Assembly (NCBI RefSeq): GCF_964355755.1 | Contig: NC_092674.1 | Location: 3,100,001 to 3,164,000 of the forward strand | From: Antedon mediterranea | Taxonomy: Eukaryota > Animalia > Echinodermata | Direction: 5' to 3' | DNA length: 64,000 bases | Translations under genes and position numbers: made by a program | Notes under the pieces: generated by a model | Seen by the model: only the letters and a program-made list of their open reading frames with translations | Told to the model about the DNA's origin: nothing | Database searches by the model: none | Shown here: positions 12,201 through 24,714 of the stretch, piece after piece | Layout of the letters: every line of letters starts with the position of its first letter | How positions within the stretch are numbered: the first letter of the stretch is position 1

Positions 12201-15200
12201 CGCTCTCAAACATATACAAGGTGGGTAAAATTAGTAGGTAATTCCACTGTATCCAATGACCACACCAATTGTAAAACAGAACTAATATATTCATTGCATT
12301 TTATTGCTCAATGATATTATAATATAAATATTCTATTGATACATAAAATACAGATATAAATAAAATCAAAACGATTTAAATAATTTTAAAAGTGATTCAC
12401 TTTATTAGCTCTACTTTATTTGATTAACTAAACTAATTAATAATATGGTATTTAATCAAAATACATAGTCAGCAGCTGGCGTATACAATACTATTGTTGA
12501 TAGCAATCTGGTATTCAGAGTTTAATTAAAATTGTCCTTGATAAAAATCAATATAAAATAAAAATTCTACTTTAAATTTTTAAAATTAATATATTTTGAT
12601 GTAAATTATTTTTTACTATTAAAAATACATTAAAAATATTAGAATTTTCAGAAAACAGGACATATTGGGCCAGCCCATGGTGGTCTGGTATTGGGAGAGT
12701 TAAAACTTAAAGCTTGGTTCCCACTAGTGACGCAACACAATGACATACGCGCAACGCAAGCGAGTTGACCAATGGCAAGCCACTGTTCGAATAATACATC
12801 GGTCAAATCACTTGCATTGCTTTACGTTGCGTCGCTAGTGGGAACCAAGCCTAACACAAACTTACTGATATCTTCAATAACAACTGTATTATCTAGTGAC
12901 ACGTGTACCGCCACATCGCTCCATTCATCAAAAGCGCACAGTTTGCGTATAACTTGCGACACAGTGTTCGGCCCAAACCACTGTCCTATATTTTTGCCCT
13001 CCCCAATACCCATTTGAGCTACGGAAAATAAAAAATGATTTTGTACATGTAACTAACAACAAAAATACAACAGACAATATTTGTCTTAGTGGACGTTATC
13101 ATGAAAACAAACCTGGTGTACATTTTGGAAACCAGCCGAACGTTTTGCGATTTTTTAAGTAGTTTATATCAGCAGCTGCTTTTACGGATTTTTTTCGAGA
13201 GTTTTTCCAACTTTCGTAAGTACTTGATTGGCAGCGAAGTGTTTAAGGTGATGTTGATTAAGTTGTCAGAAGTTTGGCATCATTTTTCACTTCATTGCCC
13301 ATCAAGGCAAGTTGAAAAAGTTTTTGAAAAAATCCATAAAAGCAGCTGCTGATATAAACTACTTAAAAAACCTACTTATACAAAGTAATTGGTTACATTC
13401 TATCACATGACAAAAATTCATTTATGTGGGATGATCATTGTAACAAGATATACTTGAAACTCTATGTTTTTCATGAAATCATTTTTTGTTTTTTTTTGTG
13501 TTTTTTTTGTATAGTTTTTATAATCATATTCATATGTACTGTAAATGATAACTTGTGTAAATAGTTCTGTAGGAAGTAACGGCCTTGTGAAAAACACCAA
13601 TCTGGTGATCCAAGTGTTGCATCCGTTTTTAAATAAAGTTGTTATTATTATTATTACTATGGCACACAGTGTTACTGCTAAACACTATATAGGCTTTGTT
13701 TATTAATATACAAATGAAAAAGAAACAGACTTTGTCTGGTGAATTATATAATGATGATACTTACCTATCTGATGAATTGAATAGGGACTGTCTTTTTTAT
13801 CTAAGAACATTCTAAGAATTTTAAAATATATTTCATTGTGTTGTGAAGGATGCCATCGCCAATCTAAAAAAAACAACAGGTGCAGGTTTAGGCGGGGAAA
13901 AAAATGCTTCAGCCCCTTTAAAATTTAACAGCCATGTCTTTAAAAAAAAAAAGAATATTTATATTTTTCTGCAACCCGACGGATCATTTTTATTATTTAT
14001 AAAATATTTAGCATTCCCGTGATCTATAATGCTGGATCTGCCCCTGAACAATAAAATATTATTCTTGAAATAAGGCCTAACTGTAGAAAGAATCAGGTTT
14101 GTTTTCCTGTGAAGGAATAAGTTTATGACATTGTATGTATTGTCACTTACCCCGTCCTAAATGCCTACATATAAGAGCCTGGGCTAACATCATTTGACCA
14201 CATCTTAACATACAGCCCCAACCTGTATCGTACGTAGGCCCTGTACCACCTAAAAGCAAATCAAAAGGAATTAATCATTTTTACAATAAGTTTTATTTTA
14301 CGATTAATTGCAAAGAGTTGAAAACCATGAAAATAAGCATATATATTACAAAATAATTGATTATTAATATTTACATACCACTAGGCAATCAACATATTAC
14401 TTTCACATTAGAAGGTCATCTGGCATTGACCTAGGTCATAGTTCAAATAATAAGGCCATAACTAACCTATAGGTGGAAAGCCCTTTCTGTATGTTACCCA
14501 TATCCTAGATGCAATGTCCTTCTTTGCCTTTTTCCTATCAAATGTTGACTCGTACTTGACGCCAAGTATCCATATCGGTTCTCCGGTTTGAGGCAGTTCC
14601 TCGTAAGCGACAATACCGCTCTCATATGTTACGCAAACTGAAATAAAAATGATGTGACTCAATGTTTATGATGCTTACTACTAACTACAAGGGGTCAGAG
14701 TTCACTGGCTCTGAACAGAAAGTTCCTATAGACAACGGAGCTGTGTTTGCACATGTACTGTGACAAGAAAAATAAAATTCAGATTTGAGCTGTAGTAGTG
14801 TAAGCATCCAAGGATGGCAAAACTTTACCTGTTTATAAACATACAAACCAAATAGTTAGATTTTTAGAGATTTATAATCTAAACCACTTTGTATCGAGCA
14901 CAGTGGATTTAAACGGCTATGAGCGCTCACTGGCTAAACTCAGGGGGCTCGAAGCTTGGAGGGCCACTTATGGTTCCTAAACCAAGGGGCCTCATGCCAC
15001 AGCGTTATGCCACTGATCCAGCCACATCCCTATGAAGTTAGGTTTGCGGTGTACACTATGTGATTCCAAAAAGAACTTAAAATAATTTAAAATGTTATAA
15101 TTATGATGAGAACATGCGTTGAAGTTTAAGTTTAGTTTAAGTTGTTGTTTTTATGTTTAAATGTGCCGTAGTGCCCCTCGGAAGAGCAGTTTTTATTTTA

Positions 15201-18200
15201 TTACTGAGAGGTCTACCCTACTGAAAGAAAACTGAAATAAATAAAATAAATAAATAAACTAAAGTATGGTTGAGAACGCCTCGTCGTTTTTGGTCACTGT
15301 AAAGCTTGGTTCCCACTAGAGATCCAACATAACCTAACCTACGCAACGTAAGAAAATGCCCTTCCAATAATTGTGTTTGCCCCCGCCTGCATGAAATCAA
15401 ACCTGCGATATTTGCAGCACTGTTTCGACGTCAGTTCCCACTTGTGATTACGCAATACATCACTTTGCATCAATACGTCGGTGCGTTGCGGTGCTAGTGG
15501 GAACCACGCTATAGACGGTGATAGCACAAACCTAAATTCTATAATAACTCTATTGGATGCTATAAAATATGTAATGGAATTTTACTTATTTTTATTTTAT
15601 TCAATTTTCAGGGGCACAAAAACACATACAACAAGATAGCACTATCAAGGTGGCTCTCAATATACTGCACTTGAACATATAGATATAAACAACAAAAAAT
15701 ACAAAGATATAAAAATTGCCTAGCATCAAATTACTTACTCTTTACACACTCAAACATTTGCACACAAACTTGGTTTATCCTGCGCAAGACGCGTTCAAGC
15801 TCATATACGTTCAACCGAGTAGTCATCACTATCGTCTAGGCTAGCTATAAATGCTAACTATATCAAACTGAATTTGTGTCATATCTAGGCACCAGTTAAC
15901 ATACCTGTCAAGCATATCCTGACATAGCCCAACTGGCATGTACACTTACACTTTAACTACACTGCACATTGCCAAATATAATTAATAATGTTTACATTAG
16001 TTTGTCTACAACTTATGAAGTGACTAAGTTAAATGCATAATTATTCTATAAAAAAAACAGCAGATTCTCGGTACTGTATCTATTTCCAAAGTATCATGGA
16101 ATATTTGGTAATACAACATCACATGTGTTTCACATCTAGTAGTATATCTAACCTTTAACCTAACCTTACATGATACAGGCAGCACATGTGATATTAATGA
16201 GATGCTGTATTACCAAATATACCTATGATACCTTAGAAATAGATAGTATGTTATGTAGAGATATAGCACTGGGAATCGGGTGAAAAAACACATGAATTTC
16301 AGAAAATTCAATCTACATTACACTACATTCAGTTGAATCACAATCAACATTCAATCTACATTACACTACATTCAGTTGAATCACAATCAACATTCAATCT
16401 ACATTACACTACATTCAGTTGAATCACAATCAACATTCAATCTACATTACACTACATTCAGTTGAATCACAATCAACATTCAATCTACATTACACTACAT
16501 TCAGTTGAATCACAATCAACATTCAATCTACATTACACTACATTCAGTTGAATCACAATCAACATTCAATCTACATTACACTACATTCAGTTGAATCACA
16601 ATCAACATTCAATCTACATTACACTACATTCAGTTGAATCACAATCAACATTCAATCTACATTACACTACATTCAGTTGAATCACAATCAACATTCAATC
16701 TACATTACACTACATTCAGTTGAATCACAATCAACATTCAATCTACATTACACTACATTCAGTTGAATCACAATCAACATTCAATCTACATTACACTACA
16801 TTCAGTTGAATCACAATCAACATTCAATCTACATTACACTACATTCAGTTGAATCACAATCAACATTCAATCTACATTACACTACATTCAGTTGAATCAC
16901 AATCAACATTCAATCTACATTACACTACATTCAGTTGAATCACAATCAACATTCAATCTACATTACACTACATTCAGTTGAATCACAATCAACATTCAAT
17001 CTACATTACACTACATTCAGTTGAATCACAATCAACATTCAATCTACATTACACTACATTCAGTTGAATCACAATCAACATTCAATCTACATTACACTAC
17101 ATTCAGTTGAATCACAATCAACATTCAATCTACATTACACTACATTCAGTTGAATCACAATCAATCAAATTATTCTTCACTTACTAAAAATCTCTGATGA
17201 GTCTACATTGCTACGCCTTGAAGTCATTTTACTGAGCATTGACTGAATAAAAGCAAATACTGTGTGTAACGCAGCTCAAAAAACTAAACACTTTCTTCTA
17301 TTTTACAATGCAGCAGTAAATTTACAAACTACTTCCTGGTGTCATTTAGGGACTTTCCCTAATATGATTCATCATACTAATTTGGGAAAATTTGAAATAC
17401 TAGATGGCACGCTCGCTTCGCTCGCGTACCATCTAGGTCGTGCCCACAGATGGTTCTCGAATACACAGTATTTCCAGCGAGAAAAAAATGGAGATTTCAA
17501 ATGTACGTACCGAAGGACTATAATACATTGTCGTTTACAGAAACGAATAAATATACACAATGATTTATGTAGTCAACCAAAATTAGCACCCTGGGAATTA
17601 CTTCCGATAGAGAAACAAAATGAGTCAAATTTTTTTATTTGGACTCATTTAAACAAACCCAATTTGTGTTTTTTATGTAACATTAAGGGTTGAGGGATGA
17701 GGGAAGAAGATAGGTACAAAGAGGAAACATTTTAAAATATATTCTTATCCACTCAGTAACGAAATATTGTTTTTAATGTTTTATAGGCCTATAAATAATA
17801 TACCACTAAATACAGTAAAACATTTACGATTTAATACGGTACTTTGTTAAAACTCTCACTGTCATAGTCGATTGAAATAGTAAAGTACATGTAACGATAC
17901 ACCACTACGACGTTTATATATTTTTAAATTATTAATTAATACAAACGTTGAGAAGCAACTGTCAGTAATAACGTTTATTTATTTGTATATTATATGTTTA
18001 TAATCTAACAGTAGGGCCTACCCACACTCACAGTAATAAAGTTTATTTGTATATATTTTTATATTACATCTAACAGTACCAACACTCACAGTAAGAAATT
18101 TTCGATTCAAATTGCGATCAAAAGTGGTTAATACCTTAACAGTATTGTACAGCATTGCAATACTATTTATGTTTATTCTCCAAGGGGCCCATAAATCTAA

Positions 18201-20454
18201 ATCTATACCTCTATGGTTAAACCAAATAATTTGGAATGTTTATTTGTATATTATATGTTTATAATCTAACAGTAGGGCCTACCCACACTCACAGTAATAA
18301 AGTTTATTTGTATATATTTTTATATTACATCTAACAGTACCAACACTCACAGTAAGAAATTTGCGATTCAAATTGCGATCAAAAGTGGTTAATACCTTAA
18401 CAGTCTTGTACAGCATTGCAATACTATTTATGTTTATTCTCCAAGGGGGCCCATAAATCTAAATCTATACCTGTATGGTTAAACCAAATAATTTGGAATG
18501 TTCCATTCATCACAAATCAATACATTTGTAAAAACGTATATTAAATGTATCAAAATAGTATTTTTTAAAGAAAATCGGCCTGTCTTCAACATTATGATGC
18601 TGTACTCGAACTGTTCAACCAGTTTTCAGCTATTAAAAACAATTATCGTAGGAGGAGATAGGAAAATGCGAAGCCTCCTCGCATTTTTGTGGCGGGTATT
18701 TTTCAAGATGGACATCCATTAGACAGTGTATACCACGATCGGAAAACACCCCTATTTGGGGCAAATCGTTGAACCTAAATTCGTTTTAATCGTCAATAAC
18801 TAATTATCTAACTTAATTTAATTAGTAAACAGGGTTACATCAGGTGGTTAAAATCAGTACCGAAAGTATGAACCAACTTTATATACCATCGAGTAAAAAT
18901 TCTAGAAGTAAGGCGCGATTTACCGAATTTTGCCCTTACGTAAATTTATATATAGATATAGAATATCTTATACATAGAATATGTTTTATCAAATAAACAT
19001 AATATTATTATTTATTTTTATTGGTGGGTGGTGGCCAAATTATAAATATGAAATTACTTATCACATTTACTCTTTGAAAAAGTGAAATAAAGTGCAATAA
19101 ATGTGGTTGTGACTATGGTTTTCCAGGCCTTGTTTTTTGAAAATTGCATGGGTACTACAAATTGCACCCCTAAACACATTTAAAGATGTGCTTATTGGTG
19201 TGCTATTTGTATCTTGGTGTGTCACAATTTGGCTGTAAAATAATGGCAATAATGTGTGTGATAGGCACGTGATTGCACTCACATACCTCGAAAGACAAGG
19301 CCTGCTTATATCACATTGTTTTGAGAAAAGATATTGATGAGATGATTAGCTTTGAAAATGCTTTTTTTTTAAATCACAATGCTAGCCCGGGTGACAATTG
19401 ACATTGAGTCGGTGTCAGAACCATTAGAGGTGTGGGTCTGCTGAAGACGAGGTGAAAGAACCATTAGAGGTGTGGGTCTGCTGAAAACGAGGTGAAAGAA
19501 CCATTAGAGGTGTGGGTCTGCTGAAGACGAGGTGAAAGAACCATTAGAGGTGTGGGTCTGCTGAAGACGAGGTGAAAGAACCATTAGAGGTGTGGGTCTG
19601 CTGAAGACGAGGTGAAAGAACCATTAGAGGTGTGGGTCTGCTGAAGACGAGGTGAAAGAACCATTAGAGGTGTGGGTCTGCTGAAGACGAGGTGAAAGAA
19701 CTATATGATTGAAAAGAAATAAAATAAAGAAAAATTAAATTCGGAAATGATTGTTATGATCCTTAAAATGATTATTATTATGATCCTTAAAATGATTATT
19801 ATTATTTTACCAATATAGAAATCAATTCCAGACAAGTTACTTATTTTAATCAAGGTACGGAATCATAAGTGATATATGAATTAAGTTTTTATTTTATTTC
19901 ATTGATATATAATTATAGGCCTAATATATATTATTATATTTCCAGCCATGTATAGTCTAAACAGGGTGGTTAGAAAAATAAGTTAAAACCATTTGTTGTA
20001 TTTGTAGATAGATAGCCCACTACTTACTTAAAACCGAATATTTTAATGTTAATTAAGCTGCCTATCAAGAAGGCTAGCCTAGGCCTACCTACAGTAGTAT
20101 AAAATTATATTATAATAGGCCTACCTACCTATGAAGAATGAAGAAGCTAGGCATAAGAAGAAGAAAACTGAGACACCAGAGCGAGTGTTACTATGCTTTT
20201 ATGACTAGAGGCTAGGCGTACAAAACTAGCCTGCTGAATAGGATCCTGGTAGCCTAGCCTAGGCTATCCTCTCTCCTATCCTGTCTGTGCCCTGGCTGCC
20301 GTGGACGTGATGTGGCTAGGCTAGGCCTACTACTAGCCTAGATCAGAAAGAGGGAAGGATGGTGACAGATAGGATACCCTCTGAAATATTTAGATTTTAG
20401 CATTTTTATGATATAATCCTCACCTGAAGCATCAGTTATATCTGGTCTAAACAT
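9244..20454 (-). CDS. ATG4B: Cysteine protease ATG4 (ATG4A/B-like, peptidase C54)
   Basis: Exons (minus strand): putative first 20454-20424 ([10 protein letters not shown]), 14637-14467 ([20 protein letters not shown]), 14249-14151 ([13 protein letters not shown], catalytic Cys), 13863-13765, 13018-12866 (GQWFGPN), 11582-11316 ([18 protein letters not shown]), 10585-10443 (YLDPH, catalytic Asp/His), 10063-9901, 9320-9244 (C-terminal LIR-like DEEFEII). The first exon is less certain than the others. Confidence 0.93.
12710..12852. mobile_element. MITE family B in an ATG4 intron
   Basis: aagcttggttcccactagtgacgcaac ... gttgcgtcgctagtgggaaccaagc. Confidence 0.8.
16306..17164 (+). repeat. Perfect 43-bp minisatellite, ~20 copies
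   Basis: Unit attcaatctacattacactacattcagttgaatcacaatcaac; no spacers. Confidence 0.95.
17400..18956 (-). mobile_element. Non-autonomous Helitron, copy 1
   Basis: On the minus strand it reads A|TC...CTAG|T, with the GC-rich hairpin ggtacgcgagcgaagcgagcgtgcc next to the CTAG; internal ~260-bp tandem duplication; two more copies in the window. Confidence 0.75.
19418..19701 (+). repeat. 40-bp minisatellite, ~7 copies
   Basis: Unit gaaccattagaggtgtgggtctgctgaagacgaggtgaaa. Confidence 0.95.
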
Positions 20455-20726
20455 TTTGTCTATGAAACAGAATATTAGTCTTTTTGAATTACATCATTTT
20501 CTGTAATTAAAGTTCGTCATCATCATCTGATCATAAAACAATTGTTTGTGTTTATTTTTATTTACGAATAGAAAAAGTATAGAGGGCGGAATTTCAATTT
20601 CTGTAGGTGGTTAATTGGTAATTCAATATTCAACCACTATAAAATTAATTAATTAAATTTCAGTATATCACCGGGTGGTTTAGAATTAATGTTCTTTGCC
20701 TGTTGTGTGTATATATATATATATAT

Positions 20727-20905
20727 AAATCCAAAGGCAAATTACTGAAAAAAATGACAATGCTGTGGGTATCAGTGGCTGGATCCTCAATGGAGATACA
20801 AAAATAAAAAGCGAAAAGCTAAATCAAAACGATAAAGTAAACAGCCAGAAAAGTTAGCAGAGCTTGCCTCGGGCAACACTAGCCCTTCATCAGTGCAAGT
20901 GAAGG
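20727..20905 (-). mobile_element. (TA)n-flanked ~180-bp repeat with a degenerate hammerhead core (possible Penelope-like pLTR fragment)
   Basis: Minus strand: gca-CTGATGA-agggc-tagtgtt-gccc-GAggcAA-gcTC-tgc; the same element occurs at 31659-31833. Confidence 0.55.
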
Positions 20906-21399
20906 AATTCAATTGCACTTTCACTCAATATATATATATATATATATATACTAAGTCATCTAGGTATTATAAAAACTCTCGCTATGAAGCCCAACTAGAG
21001 GGCCTAGATCAAAATAAAAATCAAATAAATTAAAACTGCCTCAATAAAGTTTATTTTTACGACATGCATGAGCTGAGGTCCACAGGCCCGATGTCGTCTC
21101 ATCGGCGAATTTCCGTCCAAATTAGGATAACCTAGGACTAGTCTCAGATTTGTTGGTTCTGTGAAATGATACCAACAATGTCGTTTCACCATAAGCAATA
21201 CAGACGGGGTTTAATCACTCAGACGCGTTTTCTATTGTTTTACCTACTAACGAAGACGGGTTTCAATCACACAGACGCACAGATGGGTTGCAAGTTTCCA
21301 GACGCGTCTCTGTGGTCTGAAATAATTTGTAGATGACGCCTTATATTATTAATGACTGGCAATATCAGCTGTTACACCAAACATCTGTTGGGACAATTG

Positions 21400-22010
21400 A
21401 AATTCAATTAAATTCAATTCAACTTTTATTTCAGACAATTGTCCATATGGTATAATACATTACACAAAAAAAAGATGGAGAGAGGACCAAAACTTTAACC
21501 TATTGGTATATAATGCCTCTCTCCATTTGTAGTACATGTTTGGATCAATCAACAAATATTTATATATACAAATTAACATTCTGTTTTCGCTTTTCATTAT
21601 TCTTGTAAGAAATCGGTAAGTCGAAATCCTCAAATATTCATAAAATGATGGAATATTGTTTTCCACAAAGAAATTCCTCGCACCAGTAACAAATCTGGGT
21701 GGTCCCAACAACCGCCGGAAAGCATCATTATAACAAACTTTAAGTCTGTTGATATCTTTTTTTAAATGATTAGACCATAAAGGAGAATGTTAATACAATA
21801 TGATCTAAACAAAAAACATTTGATTGATTTGGAGCAGTATGAAAATTTCCTACATAAAACATTACCTCTAATACATAGAGATCTATATTGGCGTTTTATA
21901 TCTGCCTCATCTCTTAGATTCGAAGTTAAAATATGGCCTAAGTAGGCCTACGTAAAATGATCAACATACTCCAGCGCCTTATCACCCAATACTGTTTGAG
22001 GAGTCCCATA
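21400..22010 (-). mobile_element. LINE 3' remnant (end of RT ORF2, RTE-X-like)
   Basis: Minus-strand peptide YNDAFRRLLGPPRF...F.EYLR.STY.F..RI..SEN, followed by aataaa and a (gaatt)n tail. Confidence 0.65.
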
Positions 22011-22169
22011 GATTTTTTTAAATTTTATTCTTTTTAGACATTTATAACCAAGGAAGACCACATGTGAACTCAATCACTGTCCTTCTCTCAAAGGTGGCAA
22101 TCCTGTTCACAACACAAACATATACACAACACAAACATATACACAAGATGCTCTACAAATTAATTACAA

Positions 22170-22292
22170 GTCTTTGGGAGTGGAGTTGTAAATTTTCATG
22201 AGAAAAAATCCCGACATATGACAGGACTTGAATCCAGGACCCTTGGATTGGTAGCCAAGCATCATAACCACCAAGCCAAAACTCCACTCCAG
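22170..22292 (-). mobile_element. tRNA-headed SINE fragment
   Basis: tggcttggtggtt...ggattcaagtcc A/B boxes; a related copy lies at ~62812-62930 (+). Confidence 0.55.
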
Positions 22293-22497
22293 ATTATATA
22301 GGTATGTAAAGGATTTGTGTAAATAAACCGTCCAGAAAATGGACATGACTCTCTCTCTCTATCATACGGTGAAAATATAGCCTAATTAGATAATAATAAT
22401 TACTAATAATAATTATTAGGCCCTTTCGGGAAAAAATATAATACAAAATTTGATATCTTATATGTATTACGATATTACAAACTATAAATCAGACAAA

Positions 22498-22960
22498 TTA
22501 CTGAAAAATGACATTGCTGTGGGTATCAGTAACTGGATCTCAATGGAGATACAAATAAAATAAGCACTGAAAAAAATGACAATGTTGTGGGTATCAGTAA
22601 CTGGATCTCAATGGAGATACAAATAAAATAAGCACTGAAAAAATGACAATGTTGTGGGTATCAGTAACTGGATCTCAATGGAGATACAAATAAAAATAAG
22701 CACTGAAAAAATGACAATGTTGTGGGTATCAGTAACTGGATCTCAATGGAGATACAAATAAAATAAGCACTGAAAAAATGACAATGCTGTGGGTATCAGT
22801 GGCTGGATCTCAATGGAGATACAAAAAAAATAAGCACTGAAAAAATGACATTGCTGTGGGTATCAGTAACTGGATCTCAATGGAGATACAAATAAAATAA
22901 GCACTGAAAAAATGACAATGCTGTGGGTATCAGTGGCTGGATCTCAATGGAGATACAAAA
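22498..22960 (+). repeat. ~67-bp tandem repeat (~7 copies) amplified from part of the (TA)n-associated element
   Basis: Unit actgaaaaaatgacaatgttgtgggtatcagtaactggatctcaatggagatacaaataaaataagc matches 20743-20810. Confidence 0.9.
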
Positions 22961-24112
22961 AGAAGCAACAATAACAATTATTTATTATTATTGGCAGCTT
23001 GGCGACATACAAAATGAATTATTTTATTATATTAAAGACACAGCTGTCTTACTCACACAGTAGTCATGACATAGTTGACTTACAAATAATGCGAGCGTTT
23101 GACTAAAACAAACATCTTTTTTGTTTTTGTATTATATCACGACTAATCAATTTCGGATTAAACCCATCTGCGACGTGGACGTGTCATCGGACTGATTCTG
23201 ATATCGATCCGATATAATCATTCGTGGTTAGGTGTTTGCCTCTCGAACATTTAGTTCAGCAATGATAGAAAACTCGGCCATTTCGCTAAGCTGCCAATTT
23301 CATTTGTATCTCTATTAAGATCCTGCCATCCTCTCTATAGGCATACGCCGCACATCAGTCTTTCAACCGTCATCATTACTGACCTGTGTTCATTTTCTGA
23401 TAATGTGAGTAATCGTAAATCGTCTAAATTCTTCCAAATAAAGCATTTTACACAAACATGAATTTCTAGATAAACCGAATCTTAAAATTTAAGAAAAAAT
23501 TATTATTGATCTTTTTAAAATATCGTTTTGATTGATAGGCCTGTTAACTTAAGTTTGTTTTTTGAAATATTACGATAATGTAAGTAGTGTATTCATAAAT
23601 CTCATATTTCTTCCCAATAAGATATTTTTCCCCAACATGAATTTCTAAATAAACCGTATCTAAAAAATTCAGAAAAAAAAGTAATTTACATTAAGACATT
23701 TTCTATGAAAAAACGTTTTGATTATTATTACTTTCAAGTTTGTTTTAATATTATTTCTGTCGAAAGTTTTCTTTGGCCTACCGGTACCTATCCATGACAT
23801 TTTTAAATTGAAACGCTCCAGTGGTGTCAATAAAGAACATAAGTCGGTTGGAAAAATTTAAGAAATCCGCCAAATTATTGTAATATAAACTAATAATAAT
23901 TACCGTTATGATTTAAACAATTTTACTGTAATTTAAATAATTTTCTAATAAAAAAATCATAAAATTATGTTTTTATTTTGTAATAAATTTATAGTTAGGC
24001 CTAGCTGAAATAATAAATTGGCAAACATTTTTTTTTTAAATTCTCTATTCCTCTTTTTTCTTGCGTTGCTTTCATTTTAAATATAACATTTTATATAAAA
24101 ATTATTTTATAT

Positions 24113-24606
24113 AAAGGTCTGTCTACATTATCAAACTTGACTCTAAAAAAAAGTGTTATGTGCCCAAAATATGGTATTGATATGCCCAAATATGGTAGTG
24201 ATATGCCCAAATATGGTAGTGATGTGCCCAAATATGGTAGTGATAGTGATATTTGGGCATATCAATACCATATTTGGGCACACCACTACCATATTTGGGC
24301 ATATCGCTACCATATTTGGGCATATCACTACCATATTTGGGCATATCAATACCATATTTTTGTATACAAATTGCTGCTTATATTATATTTGTCATTTTAG
24401 TGCTATGTAATTAAGAAAATTCAGAAAAATTTTACAAAGACTGTTTGCATTTTCTTAAAAGTTAAATTTTTGGCCTATGTCCTTGTGCCTTTTTTCTTAT
24501 TTCTATTTATATATGCCCAAATATAGTAGTGATATGACATCATCATGTCCATATGGGCACATCACATTGTTTTGCCAAATAAAGTTTGATAGTGTGGACA
24601 GAGCTT
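24113..24606. mobile_element. Rearranged MITE family A copy with head-to-head 20-bp arrays
   Basis: Left TIR at 24113; direct array 24160-24246; inverted array 24249-24358; right half 24512-24606. Confidence 0.75.
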
Positions 24607-24714
24607 TAGAAAAGAAGTAGACAATAATATTTCAATATTAAAACTGATTTGAATCAGCTCCAATAGAATAACATGTTTTACGTTTTTTTATTGTTTTATT
24701 TTGGTGTGTTTAGA

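Noticed and set aside
16306-17164. Possible CRISPR array
   Set aside because: Units are contiguous and identical with no unique spacers; eukaryotic context with no cas genes. The same applies to 19418-19701 and 22498-22960.
17262-17693. 143-aa ORF
   Set aside because: Overlaps the Helitron end and is not conserved as an ORF in the other two copies.
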